The notes under the pieces: generated by a model
What the model saw: the letters and a program-made list of their open reading frames with translations, nothing else
What the model was told of the DNA's origin: nothing
Database searches by the model: none
Translations under genes and position numbers: made by a program
Shown here: piece after piece, positions 20,778-29,884 of the stretch
How positions within the stretch are numbered: the first letter of the stretch is position 1
Layout: each line of letters starts with the position of its first letter
DNA from: Bacteroidota bacterium
Lineage (GTDB): Bacteria; Bacteroidota; Ignavibacteria; UBA10030; BY39
DNA: 64,000 bases
Reading direction: 5' to 3'
NCBI GenBank assembly: GCA_030017895.1
Contig: JASEGV010000005.1
Location: 5,988 to 69,987 of the forward strand

Positions 20778-22916
20778 CTATTTTACTAAAATCATACTTC
20801 CGGCTTTGAACGATTTGTTAGTTCTTAAAACGTAGAAATATACACCGCTCGGCCGATTTGTGGAAGAGAATTTTACACCATCATAAACACGCGCTTCCTG
20901 ATACTCATCAACTAATGTTTCTATATGTTGACCTAATATATTATATACCTTCAGTGTAACATGCGAAGGTTCAAATATTTCATACTTGATCGAAGTTTCT
21001 ATATTTTTTGTTGTAAAAAACGGATTAGGATAATTTTGGTAAAGAACAGGGGCTGGAATTTTGGGTGGAGTTGGTGGAATAACAGGTTCACCTGAGCCGC
21101 CGCCTGTTGTAGTTTTTAAGATAGTTCCGTTAAAACCACAAACCCAGCCAATATTTTCGTTTTCAAATTCTACTGCCAATAACGAATTTAATGTCGAGCT
21201 TTGAGATAAGAACCATTTTTTCCCACCATTAGTAGTTTTAAGAATAACTCCACCACTACCAACAATCCAGCCGGTAGTATCATTTACAAATTTAACCGAA
21301 TAATAATTTGTTTTATTGGGAGCCGGACTCATCTGAAAGCTTTGAGCAGCGATAGAATCAATTATTAGGCAATCGCCGCCGCAGGTTGTTCGTAAAATTG
21401 TTTTGTTAGAACCTACGAACCAACCAGTGTCTTTATCGACAAAATAAACATCAAAAAGCTCGTTTTTCAATATTGAAACAATTCGTTTCCAACTTTCGCC
21501 GCCGTCGGTAGTTTTGTAAATCAAGCCCAATTTACCTACTGTCCAACCGATATTTGCATTTATAAAAAATACAGAATTCAGGTCGGTCGTGTCCTGAAGA
21601 TTCTGAAGCGACCAGTTCCAGCCACCATCGGAAGATTTCAGGATCAATCCATTGTTGCCAACTGTCCAGTATGTTTCTGAAATATTAAAAACTGAGTTCA
21701 AATTCTGATTAGTCGGTTTCGGAAGTTCGCTCCACGAAACTCCGTTATCATACGTCCGCAATAAAACCCCATTATCTCCGACAATACAGCCGCTTAAAAC
21801 TTGTTTATCCGGTGCAATGTTTAGAGCTACGGAGTTTAGGTTGACGTTCGTCGCTTTATGCAGTAACGTCCAATTGTCGCCGCTGTTGGTTGTCAGCATA
21901 ATGGTTCCTGCTTCTCCAACAGCCCAACCCGTTGTAGTATCGTTAAAGAAAATATCTCGAATCTGTGTAGTATTCCCTCTCGAAATCAAATCCCAGTTAA
22001 CTGCCGCATTTGTAGTTCTTCTTAAATCTACAAAACCGCTAAGTAACCATCCATTATTTGCATCAGCAAAAGAGATCGCTTTGATATTTTGATTTGCAGC
22101 TACGGTATCGGGAATCCAGGTTCCACCGCCGTTCGTAGTTTTAAACAAAACACCATTAGTTGTTGTAACATAACCTTTAGTTAGTGAAGTAAATTGGACA
22201 TCGGTTCCGAGTGTGAGCCTGAATTGATTAACCCAATCTTTTCCGCCGTTCGTAGTTTTTAGAAAAACTAAATTGCCAATAACCCAGCCAATCGAATCGC
22301 TTACAAAATAAACGGATGCAAGGTCGTTGCGGGTTCCGCTCGGAATTGTATCCCAGGCAGTTCCACCGTTTGAAGTTTTTATAATTTTTCCGTCATCTCC
22401 AACAATGTATCCAGTCGTTACCGAAGGAAAGAAAATCTTTTTCAGTGATAATGAAGTTCCGGTTGTAACAACCGACCATGAATCGCCTCCAGTTGTAGTT
22501 TTGAGAAGAGTTCCACTCTCACCAACAGCCCACCCGGTATTTTCTGTAGAGAAAAATACATCGGTAAGTTTTTTATCAGTAGGAGTTTTTTGAAGGATAG
22601 GTTTTCCGCCCAAAGTTTTTTTTATAATCGTTCCTGAATCCCCTACTGAATATGTAATATTGTTTTTATGATATATTGCGCGAAGAGTTGTGGTTTTACC
22701 TGCTGACCGATATGAAATATCCCAATCAACGCCGCCGTTCGTTGTTTCCATTAGGGTAGCATTTGCACCGACCGCAACAAGCGACTGATTATTAATTGTA
22801 AATATATCGAAAAGTATATTCCCTTGTGGTAACGGGTTCTGCCACGTCCAATCTTGCTGAGAAAATATAACGAGGGGGAACAGAAGTGCGATAAAAATTT
22901 TGGATAGATATTTCAC
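20778..22916 (-). CDS. BNR/Asp-box repeat beta-propeller protein with T9SS C-terminal domain (712 aa)
   Basis: GTG start. More than 12 repeats of TTNGG(x)xW (Ycf48-like/BNR type). C-terminal ..LYQNYPNPFFTTKNIE..VYNILGQHI..SGVYFYVL... Confidence 0.8.
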   Translation of the reverse strand: MKYLSKIFIALLFPLVIFSQQDWTWQNPLPQGNILFDIFTINNQSLVAVGANATLMETTNGGVDWDISYRSAGKTTTLRAIYHKNNITYSVGDSGTIIKKTLGGKPILQKTPTDKKLTDVFFSTENTGWAVGESGTLLKTTTGGDSWSVVTTGTSLSLKKIFFPSVTTGYIVGDDGKIIKTSNGGTAWDTIPSGTRNDLASVYFVSDSIGWVIGNLVFLKTTNGGKDWVNQFRLTLGTDVQFTSLTKGYVTTTNGVLFKTTNGGGTWIPDTVAANQNIKAISFADANNGWLLSGFVDLRRTTNAAVNWDLISRGNTTQIRDIFFNDTTTGWAVGEAGTIMLTTNSGDNWTLLHKATNVNLNSVALNIAPDKQVLSGCIVGDNGVLLRTYDNGVSWSELPKPTNQNLNSVFNISETYWTVGNNGLILKSSDGGWNWSLQNLQDTTDLNSVFFINANIGWTVGKLGLIYKTTDGGESWKRIVSILKNELFDVYFVDKDTGWFVGSNKTILRTTCGGDCLIIDSIAAQSFQMSPAPNKTNYYSVKFVNDTTGWIVGSGGVILKTTNGGKKWFLSQSSTLNSLLAVEFENENIGWVCGFNGTILKTTTGGGSGEPVIPPTPPKIPAPVLYQNYPNPFFTTKNIETSIKYEIFEPSHVTLKVYNILGQHIETLVDEYQEARVYDGVKFSSTNRPSGVYFYVLRTNKSFKAGSMILVK

Positions 22917-22918
22917 TA

Positions 22919-23000
22919 ATTTAGTTATTGGTTGTTGTGGTTCGACAAGCTCACCACAAGGTTTTAAGTTATAGTTTTTCAGTCAATAGTTTTAGTTGCT
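22919..23000. repeat. 82-bp direct repeat copy 1, abutting the GTG start of 20778..22916
   Basis: aatttagttattggttgttgtggttcgacaagctcaccacaaggttttaagttatagtt(t/c)ttcagtcaatagttttagtt. Repeated at 23149..23230 with one mismatch. Contains the hairpin ttgtggt-N11-accacaa. Confidence 0.85.
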
Positions 23001-23029
23001 AGTTCTCAGTTTACAAAACCATTAACTAA

Positions 23030-23128
23030 CTGAAGTTACGCAAAAGAGTCATTCTGAACGAAGTGAAGAATCTGAAACCTCAAATTCAGGCTATTTTTTG
23101 ACAAAAAGTCAATTCTGCGTAACTTCAG
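23030..23128 (-). mobile_element. MITE-like element copy A (99 bp). TIR CTGAAGTTACGCA/TGCGTAACTTCAG. Flanks ttaactaa / ttaactga (7/8 TSD)
   Basis: Same element family as 40296, 45952, 51683 and 58870, in the same orientation as copy E. Lacks the internal cccgctc..gagcggg hairpin module. Confidence 0.85.
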
Positions 23129-23148
23129 TTAACTGATAACTATATTTC

Positions 23149-23230
23149 AATTTAGTTATTGGTTGTTGTGGTTCGACAAGCTCACCACAAGGTTTTAAGT
23201 TATAGTTCTTCAGTCAATAGTTTTAGTTTT
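23149..23230. repeat. 82-bp direct repeat copy 2
   Basis: See 22919..23000. The two copies bracket MITE copy A. Confidence 0.85.
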
Positions 23231-23303
23231 TAGCTTACAACTATAAAACTACAACCAGCAACTATTTAACCAAAACAAATAACTAATGACTAATAACTAC
23301 TAC

Positions 23304-25553
23304 TCATCTCAGCAGAAGCATCTTCCGCACTACATTAAACCTATTATTTGCGTCCTTAATTCTACAGAAATAAATACCTGAAGCTAAATTGGTTCCATCG
23401 AAGTAAACTGCATTTTTACCTTGATAAAATTCTATGTTATCAGCTAATGTTATTACTTCCTGTCCAAGAACGTTATATACTTTTATATTTACAATACTTT
23501 TTTCAGGCAAATCAAACTCGATTGTAGTAAACGGGTTGAACGGGTTGGGATAATTTTGTGCGAAAACCTCTTGTTGAGAAATTGCAATATTTTGTGTTGT
23601 GAAAGAACCGCTGCCGTATTTCAAAGTTACACCGTACAAACCTACAGCCCAAACATTTGCACTATCAATCGAAAATATATCGTATAAAGCACTCCGTATT
23701 GGCGAGGGGACATTTAACCATGTGCTTCCGCTGTTAGTAGTGGATAAAATTGTCCCAGACAAACCTACCGCCCAACCGTTTAAAGAGTCGGTAAAGGTTA
23801 TGCTTTTTATTTCTCTAGTTGTACCTGACACTTGTGTGAGCCAATTAAAGCCACCGTTTGTTGTTTTTCTAATAGTACCACCTGACCCCACTGCCCAGCC
23901 GGTAGTAGGCGAAATAAAATGGAGTGAATTTAACTTCCGTGTAGTTCCAGATGGCTGAGCAACCCAGCTTTCGCCACTGTTTGTAGTTTTAAAAATTAGT
24001 CCGCTTGTACCTGTTACCCATCCAGTTTGGTTATTTACGAAATAAACATCATAAAAATTATTTGAAACTCTTGGCTTAGTCGTGTACCAGGTATCACCAC
24101 CGTTAGTCGTTTTCCGGACATAACCGCTGCTGCCAACAACGAATCCGAGGTCATGGTTTAAGAAAAATATTTTATAAAAAGTTTTCGTCGAACCGCTCAT
24201 CAAACGGTACCAATTTGTACCACCGTCTGTTGTTTTTTCAATTAAACCCGTTCTGCCGGCAATATATATTGTAGCAGAATCAACCATAAAAATTGAGTTT
24301 GCTTTTTTACCGGCCAAAGCCGTTTGAATAATCCAGTTTGAACCACCATTTGTACTTTTATAAACTATTCCGTAACGCCCTAATGCCCAGCCATTGCTGG
24401 GGTCGGAAAATTGAACAGCATACAAATTATCTCTATGTCCGTGCGAAAGTTGTACCCAATCTTCACCACCATTTGTTGTTTTAAGTATAGTTCCCCTTAC
24501 ACCTGCAACAAAACCTGTAGCAGAATCCAAAAATTTGACAGCATCAAGCCACTCAGTAGTTCCTGATGTCTGTGGAATCCAAGTAATCCCTTCATTGACA
24601 GTTTTCATAATTGTACCGTTTGAACCAACAGCCCATCCGGTTGTTGAATCGACAAAATCCACATCGTCTAACCAGGCATTTGTCCCTGAGTTTGCAGTTA
24701 ACCAATTACTTCCACCATTAGTTGTCCGACGCATAGTGCCTTTTAAACCGACAGCAACACCTTTGTTTTGTGTAAAAAATTTTACGCTGGTTAGAATGTT
24801 TGTTGTTCCGGAACTTTGTGCATTCCAGACCGAACCACCGTTTGAAGTATAATAAATTTTGCCTGAATCGCCAACTGCCCAACCCCTTGAGCCATCAAGA
24901 AAATTGATCTCAAATAATCTGACGGGTGACAAGACAAATTGCGGAGACCAAATACTGCCACCATTACTCGTACGGATTATTAAACCATTCATACCACAAA
25001 TCCAACCGGTATCCCTATTAATGAACATTGCGTCGAAAAAAGGAAAATTAGAATAAAACTGCACCCCGAGGTTTAATTTTGCCCAGTTATCGCCACCGTC
25101 AATAGTTTTTAAAATTTTACCTCCTAAACCGACAGCATATCCGTATAAACTATCTATCATGTCGATGTCGTATAAATCACCGCTTGTAAGTCCTAAACCA
25201 AACTTAACATCCCATGAATTACCGGAATCTGTTGTTTTCAGGATTGAAGAAGAGGCACCCGCAAAAAAAACATTTCTTTTAGAGGTTACATCAATTCCGT
25301 ATATAGAAAAACCCGTTGGGTAAGGATTTTGCCAATACCAATATAAATCGGTGGGGGCGAACATATCTTCAACCATTTCCTCCATGGAACCATACGGAAA
25401 AGAAGAATCTAATGAATCCTCTATAAAGATTTCATCGTCAATATCTATACTGTCGGGTAGCTGTGCATTCAAGTTTCCATTAAGAAGTAGAAAAAACATG
25501 GCACTTATCCACATGAATAATATATATTTTAGTTTTATTATTAAGTATTTCAT
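23304..25553 (-). CDS. BNR/Asp-box repeat beta-propeller protein with T9SS C-terminal domain (749 aa)
   Basis: Signal peptide. About 14 (S/T)(T/S)NGG(x)xW repeats. C-terminal ..FAQNYPNPFNPFTTIEFDLP..VYNVLGQEV..SGIYFCRI... Paralog of 20778..22916. Confidence 0.8.
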   Translation of the reverse strand: MKYLIIKLKYILFMWISAMFFLLLNGNLNAQLPDSIDIDDEIFIEDSLDSSFPYGSMEEMVEDMFAPTDLYWYWQNPYPTGFSIYGIDVTSKRNVFFAGASSSILKTTDSGNSWDVKFGLGLTSGDLYDIDMIDSLYGYAVGLGGKILKTIDGGDNWAKLNLGVQFYSNFPFFDAMFINRDTGWICGMNGLIIRTSNGGSIWSPQFVLSPVRLFEINFLDGSRGWAVGDSGKIYYTSNGGSVWNAQSSGTTNILTSVKFFTQNKGVAVGLKGTMRRTTNGGSNWLTANSGTNAWLDDVDFVDSTTGWAVGSNGTIMKTVNEGITWIPQTSGTTEWLDAVKFLDSATGFVAGVRGTILKTTNGGEDWVQLSHGHRDNLYAVQFSDPSNGWALGRYGIVYKSTNGGSNWIIQTALAGKKANSIFMVDSATIYIAGRTGLIEKTTDGGTNWYRLMSGSTKTFYKIFFLNHDLGFVVGSSGYVRKTTNGGDTWYTTKPRVSNNFYDVYFVNNQTGWVTGTSGLIFKTTNSGESWVAQPSGTTRKLNSLHFISPTTGWAVGSGGTIRKTTNGGFNWLTQVSGTTREIKSITFTDSLNGWAVGLSGTILSTTNSGSTWLNVPSPIRSALYDIFSIDSANVWAVGLYGVTLKYGSGSFTTQNIAISQQEVFAQNYPNPFNPFTTIEFDLPEKSIVNIKVYNVLGQEVITLADNIEFYQGKNAVYFDGTNLASGIYFCRIKDANNRFNVVRKMLLLR

Positions 25554-25581
25554 ATTATAAACTCCTTTCGGGAGAAAAAAT

Positions 25582-28155
25582 CTATTTTAACTCTTTAACT
25601 CTAAAAAAAACATCAACATACTCACTGCCCGGTTCACCGGTTAATTCAACCGTTTGCAATGCGGGCTCTGCAATAAAGCTCATACTTCGAAGATAATCAT
25701 CGTTAAGTTTAACCAAGTAAGTTCCCTTAGGAATAGCAGGAAACTCAAATTCACCTAATGAATTTGTTTTAGTAACTTTTTCTAATTTATTTTTCCCTGT
25801 ACCTATAGTTTGCCCTTCTTTAGTTAATATGACTGTTAAAGCTTGAACAGGGCTACCGCCAGTCGTTGTTACTGCCCCTTTTATAATACCGCCACTAACA
25901 ATGGGAATATTCAAAGTTTTTAATTTATTTGGCTCTGCCCTCATGCTTATACCATCATAAAGTGGGACCCAAAAAGGTTCGTCTAAATCACGCATACGAA
26001 CGCGAAAAACATAATCACGATAATATTCGCCGGAAGTTAAATAAGTTTCTTCATCGTATTCAGATGTTGGTGCACCACCAAAAGAGCCTAATCTTTCGGC
26101 AGTAACATGTACATTTTGAAAATATCGCTCGCTCTTATCTTTAATTCCATTGTAATTATCGTCATAAAATGAACGTGTCAGAAAATATCCTCGTCTGATG
26201 GGAGCTCTGCTTTGAAACAAAATGTCCCATGATTGAGTTGAACCAATTATCAAACCTGAGATATTTTGATTTAACGATATTCCACGGTTACTTCTTAAAG
26301 CGGTTGTTTGTGAACGGACAAAGGGGAGTTGGACACTCAGGTTAGCATAAACGAAAAACTCATGGTTTAGGAAATTGCGTTCGGCAAACAAATTGAATAA
26401 AAATATAGAAGAAAGCGGAATATTTAAACCGATGCTCGCATTAGTGAATCTGTTTATTTTATGGTCAAAACGTCCGTTCAATAATATTGATGAAAATGAG
26501 GTGGCGCGGACGGTAACACCTGCTCGACTTGTAAAAACTGTTGTCCCATATCCAATTTGCGTATATCTGGTAACTGCGTAATCAATAGAATGTGTTCTAA
26601 AATTTGCACCAAAACTTAAATTGAATCCAACCTCTTCACCGCTCTCCAGTATATTTCGTGTTACAATTCCATTAAAAAGAACAAATGGATAATTGGAATA
26701 GAGTGGAACCTGGAAAGTTAAATTATTTGAATATTTTATGTTCCGCGAATTAAGTACTTTATTTTTTGCATACAAATAATTTTGCAGACCAAAATCAATT
26801 TGATTCCATGTCTGCCAAAAGAGATTTATTTGAGATTTAATAAATGGCGAAAATTGCGCCGTTCCGTAGAAATTGTCAGTTAACCTTACCGTAGAAAATG
26901 TATAAGGGAAAAATTTATCTTTAAAATTTTTTCTTTCAGAATATTCTATTCCGGTTCCTAATGTAATTCGTTCCGTTGCCCCATATTGTACTTCGCCCGA
27001 ACTATAAAGTGGATAACCTTTTATGCGTAATTTCCCAAATGCAAATCTATAATCGATTGTACCTGCAGGTAACATCGACGAAGGTATAATTACATATTTC
27101 CGGTTTATATATTCTTGTCCATATATATCGTATTTTCGTTCTATAATCTGATTATAACCAAAATAAAGATTAGAGGTTACGTTAAAAGAAGTATCTCGAT
27201 CGGTAGAAAGGTATATTGGCGTCATTCCTAAAGGATAATAGGAGTATTCTTGATTAGCGCCTATTTCGGCAAAGGTCGTGATACTACCAAATTTTTGTCG
27301 CCTCTCCGGAGGTGTATTCGTAACGCTGACTCCCCAAAGATTACCTCCAACATTATAACTTCGCTGAATGTCGCCTAGTGTGATTAGTTGGACAAAACGG
27401 CTATTAAAAAAAGGAAATTTGATGTTTGCACGTATATCTCGTTTTTTAATAGTTTTAAAGATTTCTCCTTTAATTGAAGTTTCTAAATCACCACCGAAAA
27501 CTTGTGCACCTCCTTTTAGATTGTATTTATAACGAAAATCTTCATTTGGGTTTTTTATTACCGATATATTATATCCTAAAGCGCCAGCATTAAATATATT
27601 GAAACTTTTTTCCAAATGTAATTCAGGTTCTGAATAAATTCTTTCTAATTGTCGTAGGTAATTTTTTTGCCGGGCTCTTTTTTGTAATTCCGGGAAATAT
27701 TTATTGCTTTTTAGCATAATCTCTACTCGCCGGTCATCATACCTTATATCTAAACCAAATAACTCTCTATAAACCGTTTCTTCTAAAAATAAATCACGAC
27801 TATTATTTATGATTTCATCATGAAACAAATCAATCTTTAGTTTTCGATACCGGGCAGTAAGGTTTTCTGTATCAATTTCGAAAGTAGAGTCCTTCGATAT
27901 AAAATAACCTTTTAATATAGTTTTATCCGGGTTGGCATCTACCTTGATCCTGAGAATATTAAATAAAGAGATTATTGGAATAAATACTTTTTCATCTTTT
28001 TTTAAAATTTCAATTTCAAAATGACCTAATCTCTTTTCATAAATATTTACAAAAAGTGAATCAATATTCCCCCTTTGCGCAAAAATATAATTCGATAATA
28101 ATAATAATACACAAAACTTTAAAATGATTAAAATGTCAGATTTTTTTAATCCCAT
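25582..28155 (-). CDS. Candidate fimbrial usher-like outer-membrane protein (857 aa)
   Basis: Signal peptide. N-terminal ~120-aa domain (..LFVNIYEKRLGHFEIEIL..). Long aromatic/glycine-rich central region with alternating hydrophobic residues, consistent with a large beta-barrel. C-terminal transthyretin/CarboxypepD_reg-like beta-sandwich (GEFEFPAIPKGTYLVKL). Size and domain order match ushers (FimD/PapC/CsuD ~810-860 aa). The start overlaps the chaperone stop (TAATG). Assignment rests on size, architecture and context, not on strong motif matches. Confidence 0.45.
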   Translation of the reverse strand: MGLKKSDILIILKFCVLLLLSNYIFAQRGNIDSLFVNIYEKRLGHFEIEILKKDEKVFIPIISLFNILRIKVDANPDKTILKGYFISKDSTFEIDTENLTARYRKLKIDLFHDEIINNSRDLFLEETVYRELFGLDIRYDDRRVEIMLKSNKYFPELQKRARQKNYLRQLERIYSEPELHLEKSFNIFNAGALGYNISVIKNPNEDFRYKYNLKGGAQVFGGDLETSIKGEIFKTIKKRDIRANIKFPFFNSRFVQLITLGDIQRSYNVGGNLWGVSVTNTPPERRQKFGSITTFAEIGANQEYSYYPLGMTPIYLSTDRDTSFNVTSNLYFGYNQIIERKYDIYGQEYINRKYVIIPSSMLPAGTIDYRFAFGKLRIKGYPLYSSGEVQYGATERITLGTGIEYSERKNFKDKFFPYTFSTVRLTDNFYGTAQFSPFIKSQINLFWQTWNQIDFGLQNYLYAKNKVLNSRNIKYSNNLTFQVPLYSNYPFVLFNGIVTRNILESGEEVGFNLSFGANFRTHSIDYAVTRYTQIGYGTTVFTSRAGVTVRATSFSSILLNGRFDHKINRFTNASIGLNIPLSSIFLFNLFAERNFLNHEFFVYANLSVQLPFVRSQTTALRSNRGISLNQNISGLIIGSTQSWDILFQSRAPIRRGYFLTRSFYDDNYNGIKDKSERYFQNVHVTAERLGSFGGAPTSEYDEETYLTSGEYYRDYVFRVRMRDLDEPFWVPLYDGISMRAEPNKLKTLNIPIVSGGIIKGAVTTTGGSPVQALTVILTKEGQTIGTGKNKLEKVTKTNSLGEFEFPAIPKGTYLVKLNDDYLRSMSFIAEPALQTVELTGEPGSEYVDVFFRVKELK

Positions 28156-28994
28156 TATTCAATATTGATACTATACTTCCACGTTTTAGGTTCAGATTTT
28201 ATCACGTACTTACTTGCATCATCCATTCGTTTAGATTCAGCAACGGTTTTAACTATGTAAATCCCTTTGGGAAGATCGCTTATATCTATTTTTGAAGTAA
28301 TTGTTATATCTTTATAAACCACTAAATTCTGGTCATACTTCTTTACAATTTTTCCCTTGCTATCGCCAAATTCAAAATGCATCCTCCCCCAGTAGGAACT
28401 GTTACCGAATCTTTGATATTTAGCCGTGAAAATCAATTCCTTTTTGGATATTCTAATATCTGGCTTGTCAATTATATCAACCGAAGTTGATACTTTTCCT
28501 TTCCGATAATGAATTGGAATAGATTGTTGATTTACGATTTCTAAACCGACTTGGGCTTGTTCTTGTTTATCCGTTAAGAGTTTTGGTTCCAATTTTGATG
28601 GTTTAGAAAAAATTGAAATGCGTGACCAATATTCATTATCTCTGAGCGTTGAGGGTGGCGCTACGATAACCCGAACGTATCGTTTTTCCGAAGGTTTTAG
28701 TAATAACCTATTCGGATATAATGTTGTCCACTCATCCAAAGACTGATCGTCAATGGTAATTTCCTCAGGTGTTTTTATGTATATATTGTTTGTATCATCC
28801 GATGTTACATAGCCGTACTTAATTTCGAGCCAAACTTCAATTTCTTTATCCGTTACATTCAATACATCAAACGATGTTGATCGTCGAGGCTCATCAATAA
28901 ATAGTAAAGTTGGTGAAACTCTTACATTTGCCGTAGCAAAATTAATAACCGTGAAAAGAAAGGATATAATTATTAATGTTTTTTTTAGATTCAT
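28155..28994 (-). CDS. PapD-like periplasmic pilus chaperone (279 aa)
   Basis: Signal peptide, then NVRVSPTLLFIDEPRRSTSFDVLNVTDKEIEVWLEIKY (compare PapD AVSLDRTRAVFDGSEKSMTLDISNDNKQLPYLAQAWIE) and TLYPNRLLLKPSEKRYVRVIV (compare TPPVQRLEPGAKSMVRL). The SIPIHYRK region matches the beta-strand carrying the conserved basic subunit-anchoring residue. Confidence 0.6.
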   Translation of the reverse strand: MNLKKTLIIISFLFTVINFATANVRVSPTLLFIDEPRRSTSFDVLNVTDKEIEVWLEIKYGYVTSDDTNNIYIKTPEEITIDDQSLDEWTTLYPNRLLLKPSEKRYVRVIVAPPSTLRDNEYWSRISIFSKPSKLEPKLLTDKQEQAQVGLEIVNQQSIPIHYRKGKVSTSVDIIDKPDIRISKKELIFTAKYQRFGNSSYWGRMHFEFGDSKGKIVKKYDQNLVVYKDITITSKIDISDLPKGIYIVKTVAESKRMDDASKYVIKSEPKTWKYSINIE

Positions 28995-29020
28995 AAAATA
29001 TTTTCACAGACGCTGATATT

Positions 29021-29058
29021 AAAAAGAGGTGCCTAAACTTTTGTTTCGACACCTCTTT
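29021..29058 (-). terminator. Intra-operon hairpin (partial terminator/attenuator) between the pilin-like gene and the chaperone gene
   Basis: On the - strand: aaagaggtg-N18-cacctcttt followed by tttttaata. 9-bp stem plus U-tract, 32 nt after the pilin stop and ~27 nt before the chaperone ATG. Confidence 0.55.
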
Positions 29059-29089
29059 GCTTATTAAACTACTACCGTATTATAAATTA

Positions 29090-29653
29090 TTATAGTCCGG
29101 TATATGATACGTTTGCAACAATGACGCCAAAGAATTCTACTCCAGGAACTGCGGCGGGAACTGTAAGTGTCATTTCAGGGGCGAATAATGCATCGGCACC
29201 ACCAAAACCAACATTTACTGTAAATGGAGCGTTTGGATTGAATGGAAGTGCATTTGCATAATCTGCACCTGGAACGAACCAAGCTTTTGGGAATGATACA
29301 GGTAACGCACCAAATTCACCAATTAAAGCTGAAGGTAGAATCATCGAGATGGTGATGGATGAACCGGGTGTTAAACCACCGAGTATAAATTCTGTCCATG
29401 CGCTTGGATCCGCAGGAGCTGTTGGATCTGTTAAGCTTACATATTTCCAAGCACCTTCTACTGCATCCAAATAAACCTGGTACGTATAACCACGGTTTAG
29501 ATCTTCGAGTAAGAATTCAGCTGGGTCTAATGTGAAACCGTCTAATACTACAGCTCCAATCGGTGCCCAAGTTGTTGCACTACCAGTGGTTTGCGCACTT
29601 GTTAATCCTACGAATACTAGAACTAATAATAAGGAAAACATTAATTGTTTCAT
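29090..29653 (-). CDS. Small secreted Ala/Gly/Pro/Thr/Val-rich protein (187 aa); candidate major pilin subunit of the chaperone-usher-like triad
   Basis: Signal peptide (cleavage ~TSA|QTT). Mature N-terminus has an alternating hydrophobic stretch (TWAPIGAVVLDGFTL) compatible with a donor strand. C-terminus ..VANVSYTGL with a Tyr near the end. No Cys. First gene after a strong promoter and SD. Size as CsuA/B/FimA-type subunits. Confidence 0.35.
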   Translation of the reverse strand: MKQLMFSLLLVLVFVGLTSAQTTGSATTWAPIGAVVLDGFTLDPAEFLLEDLNRGYTYQVYLDAVEGAWKYVSLTDPTAPADPSAWTEFILGGLTPGSSITISMILPSALIGEFGALPVSFPKAWFVPGADYANALPFNPNAPFTVNVGFGGADALFAPEMTLTVPAAVPGVEFFGVIVANVSYTGL

Positions 29654-29739
29654 TTTGTAACTCCTTTAAATTTGTTATTTGTTTTTGTTAATTGTGTTAA
29701 TTGTGGGTTAAGTGTTAATTAATTAATTGTGAATCTGTT

Positions 29740-29790
29740 AGTTTGTAATTTTAATATTATCATTTTTTTACTAAATGTCAAGTGTTTTTT
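29740..29790 (-). promoter_or_regulatory. Sigma70-type promoter for the pilin-chaperone-usher unit
   Basis: On the - strand: AACACTTGACA-N16-TAATAT. About 95-nt 5'UTR containing three CACAATTAACA-like repeats, and AAAGGAGT SD 7 nt before the ATG at 29653. Confidence 0.45.
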
Positions 29791-29856
29791 CAATTTTTAA
29801 AAAATATTTTTTAAACTCTTCAAGCCATCCGGAGGCTGACCAAAAAGTCTGTTTTC

Positions 29857-29884
29857 TCGATACGTTCGCTTTGCGAACACTCGA
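29857..29884 (-). terminator. Imperfect hairpin downstream of 29972..32143
   Basis: tcga-tac-gttcgc-ttt-gcgaac-ac-tcga, about 90 nt after the stop codon. No clean U-tract. Confidence 0.3.

Noticed and set aside
22917-23303. Possible CRISPR array (repeat - spacer - repeat)
   Set aside because: Only two 82-bp copies, the 'spacer' is a MITE with TIRs, and there are no cas genes. Not CRISPR.
21817-25056. Several + strand ORFs (21817..22092, 22327..22593, 23599..23958, 24535..24852, 24859..25056) with recurring PTAQP/PVV peptides
   Set aside because: They are antisense read-throughs of the BNR TTNGGxxW repeats in the - strand genes. The repetition comes from the coding repeats on the opposite strand, not from real genes.
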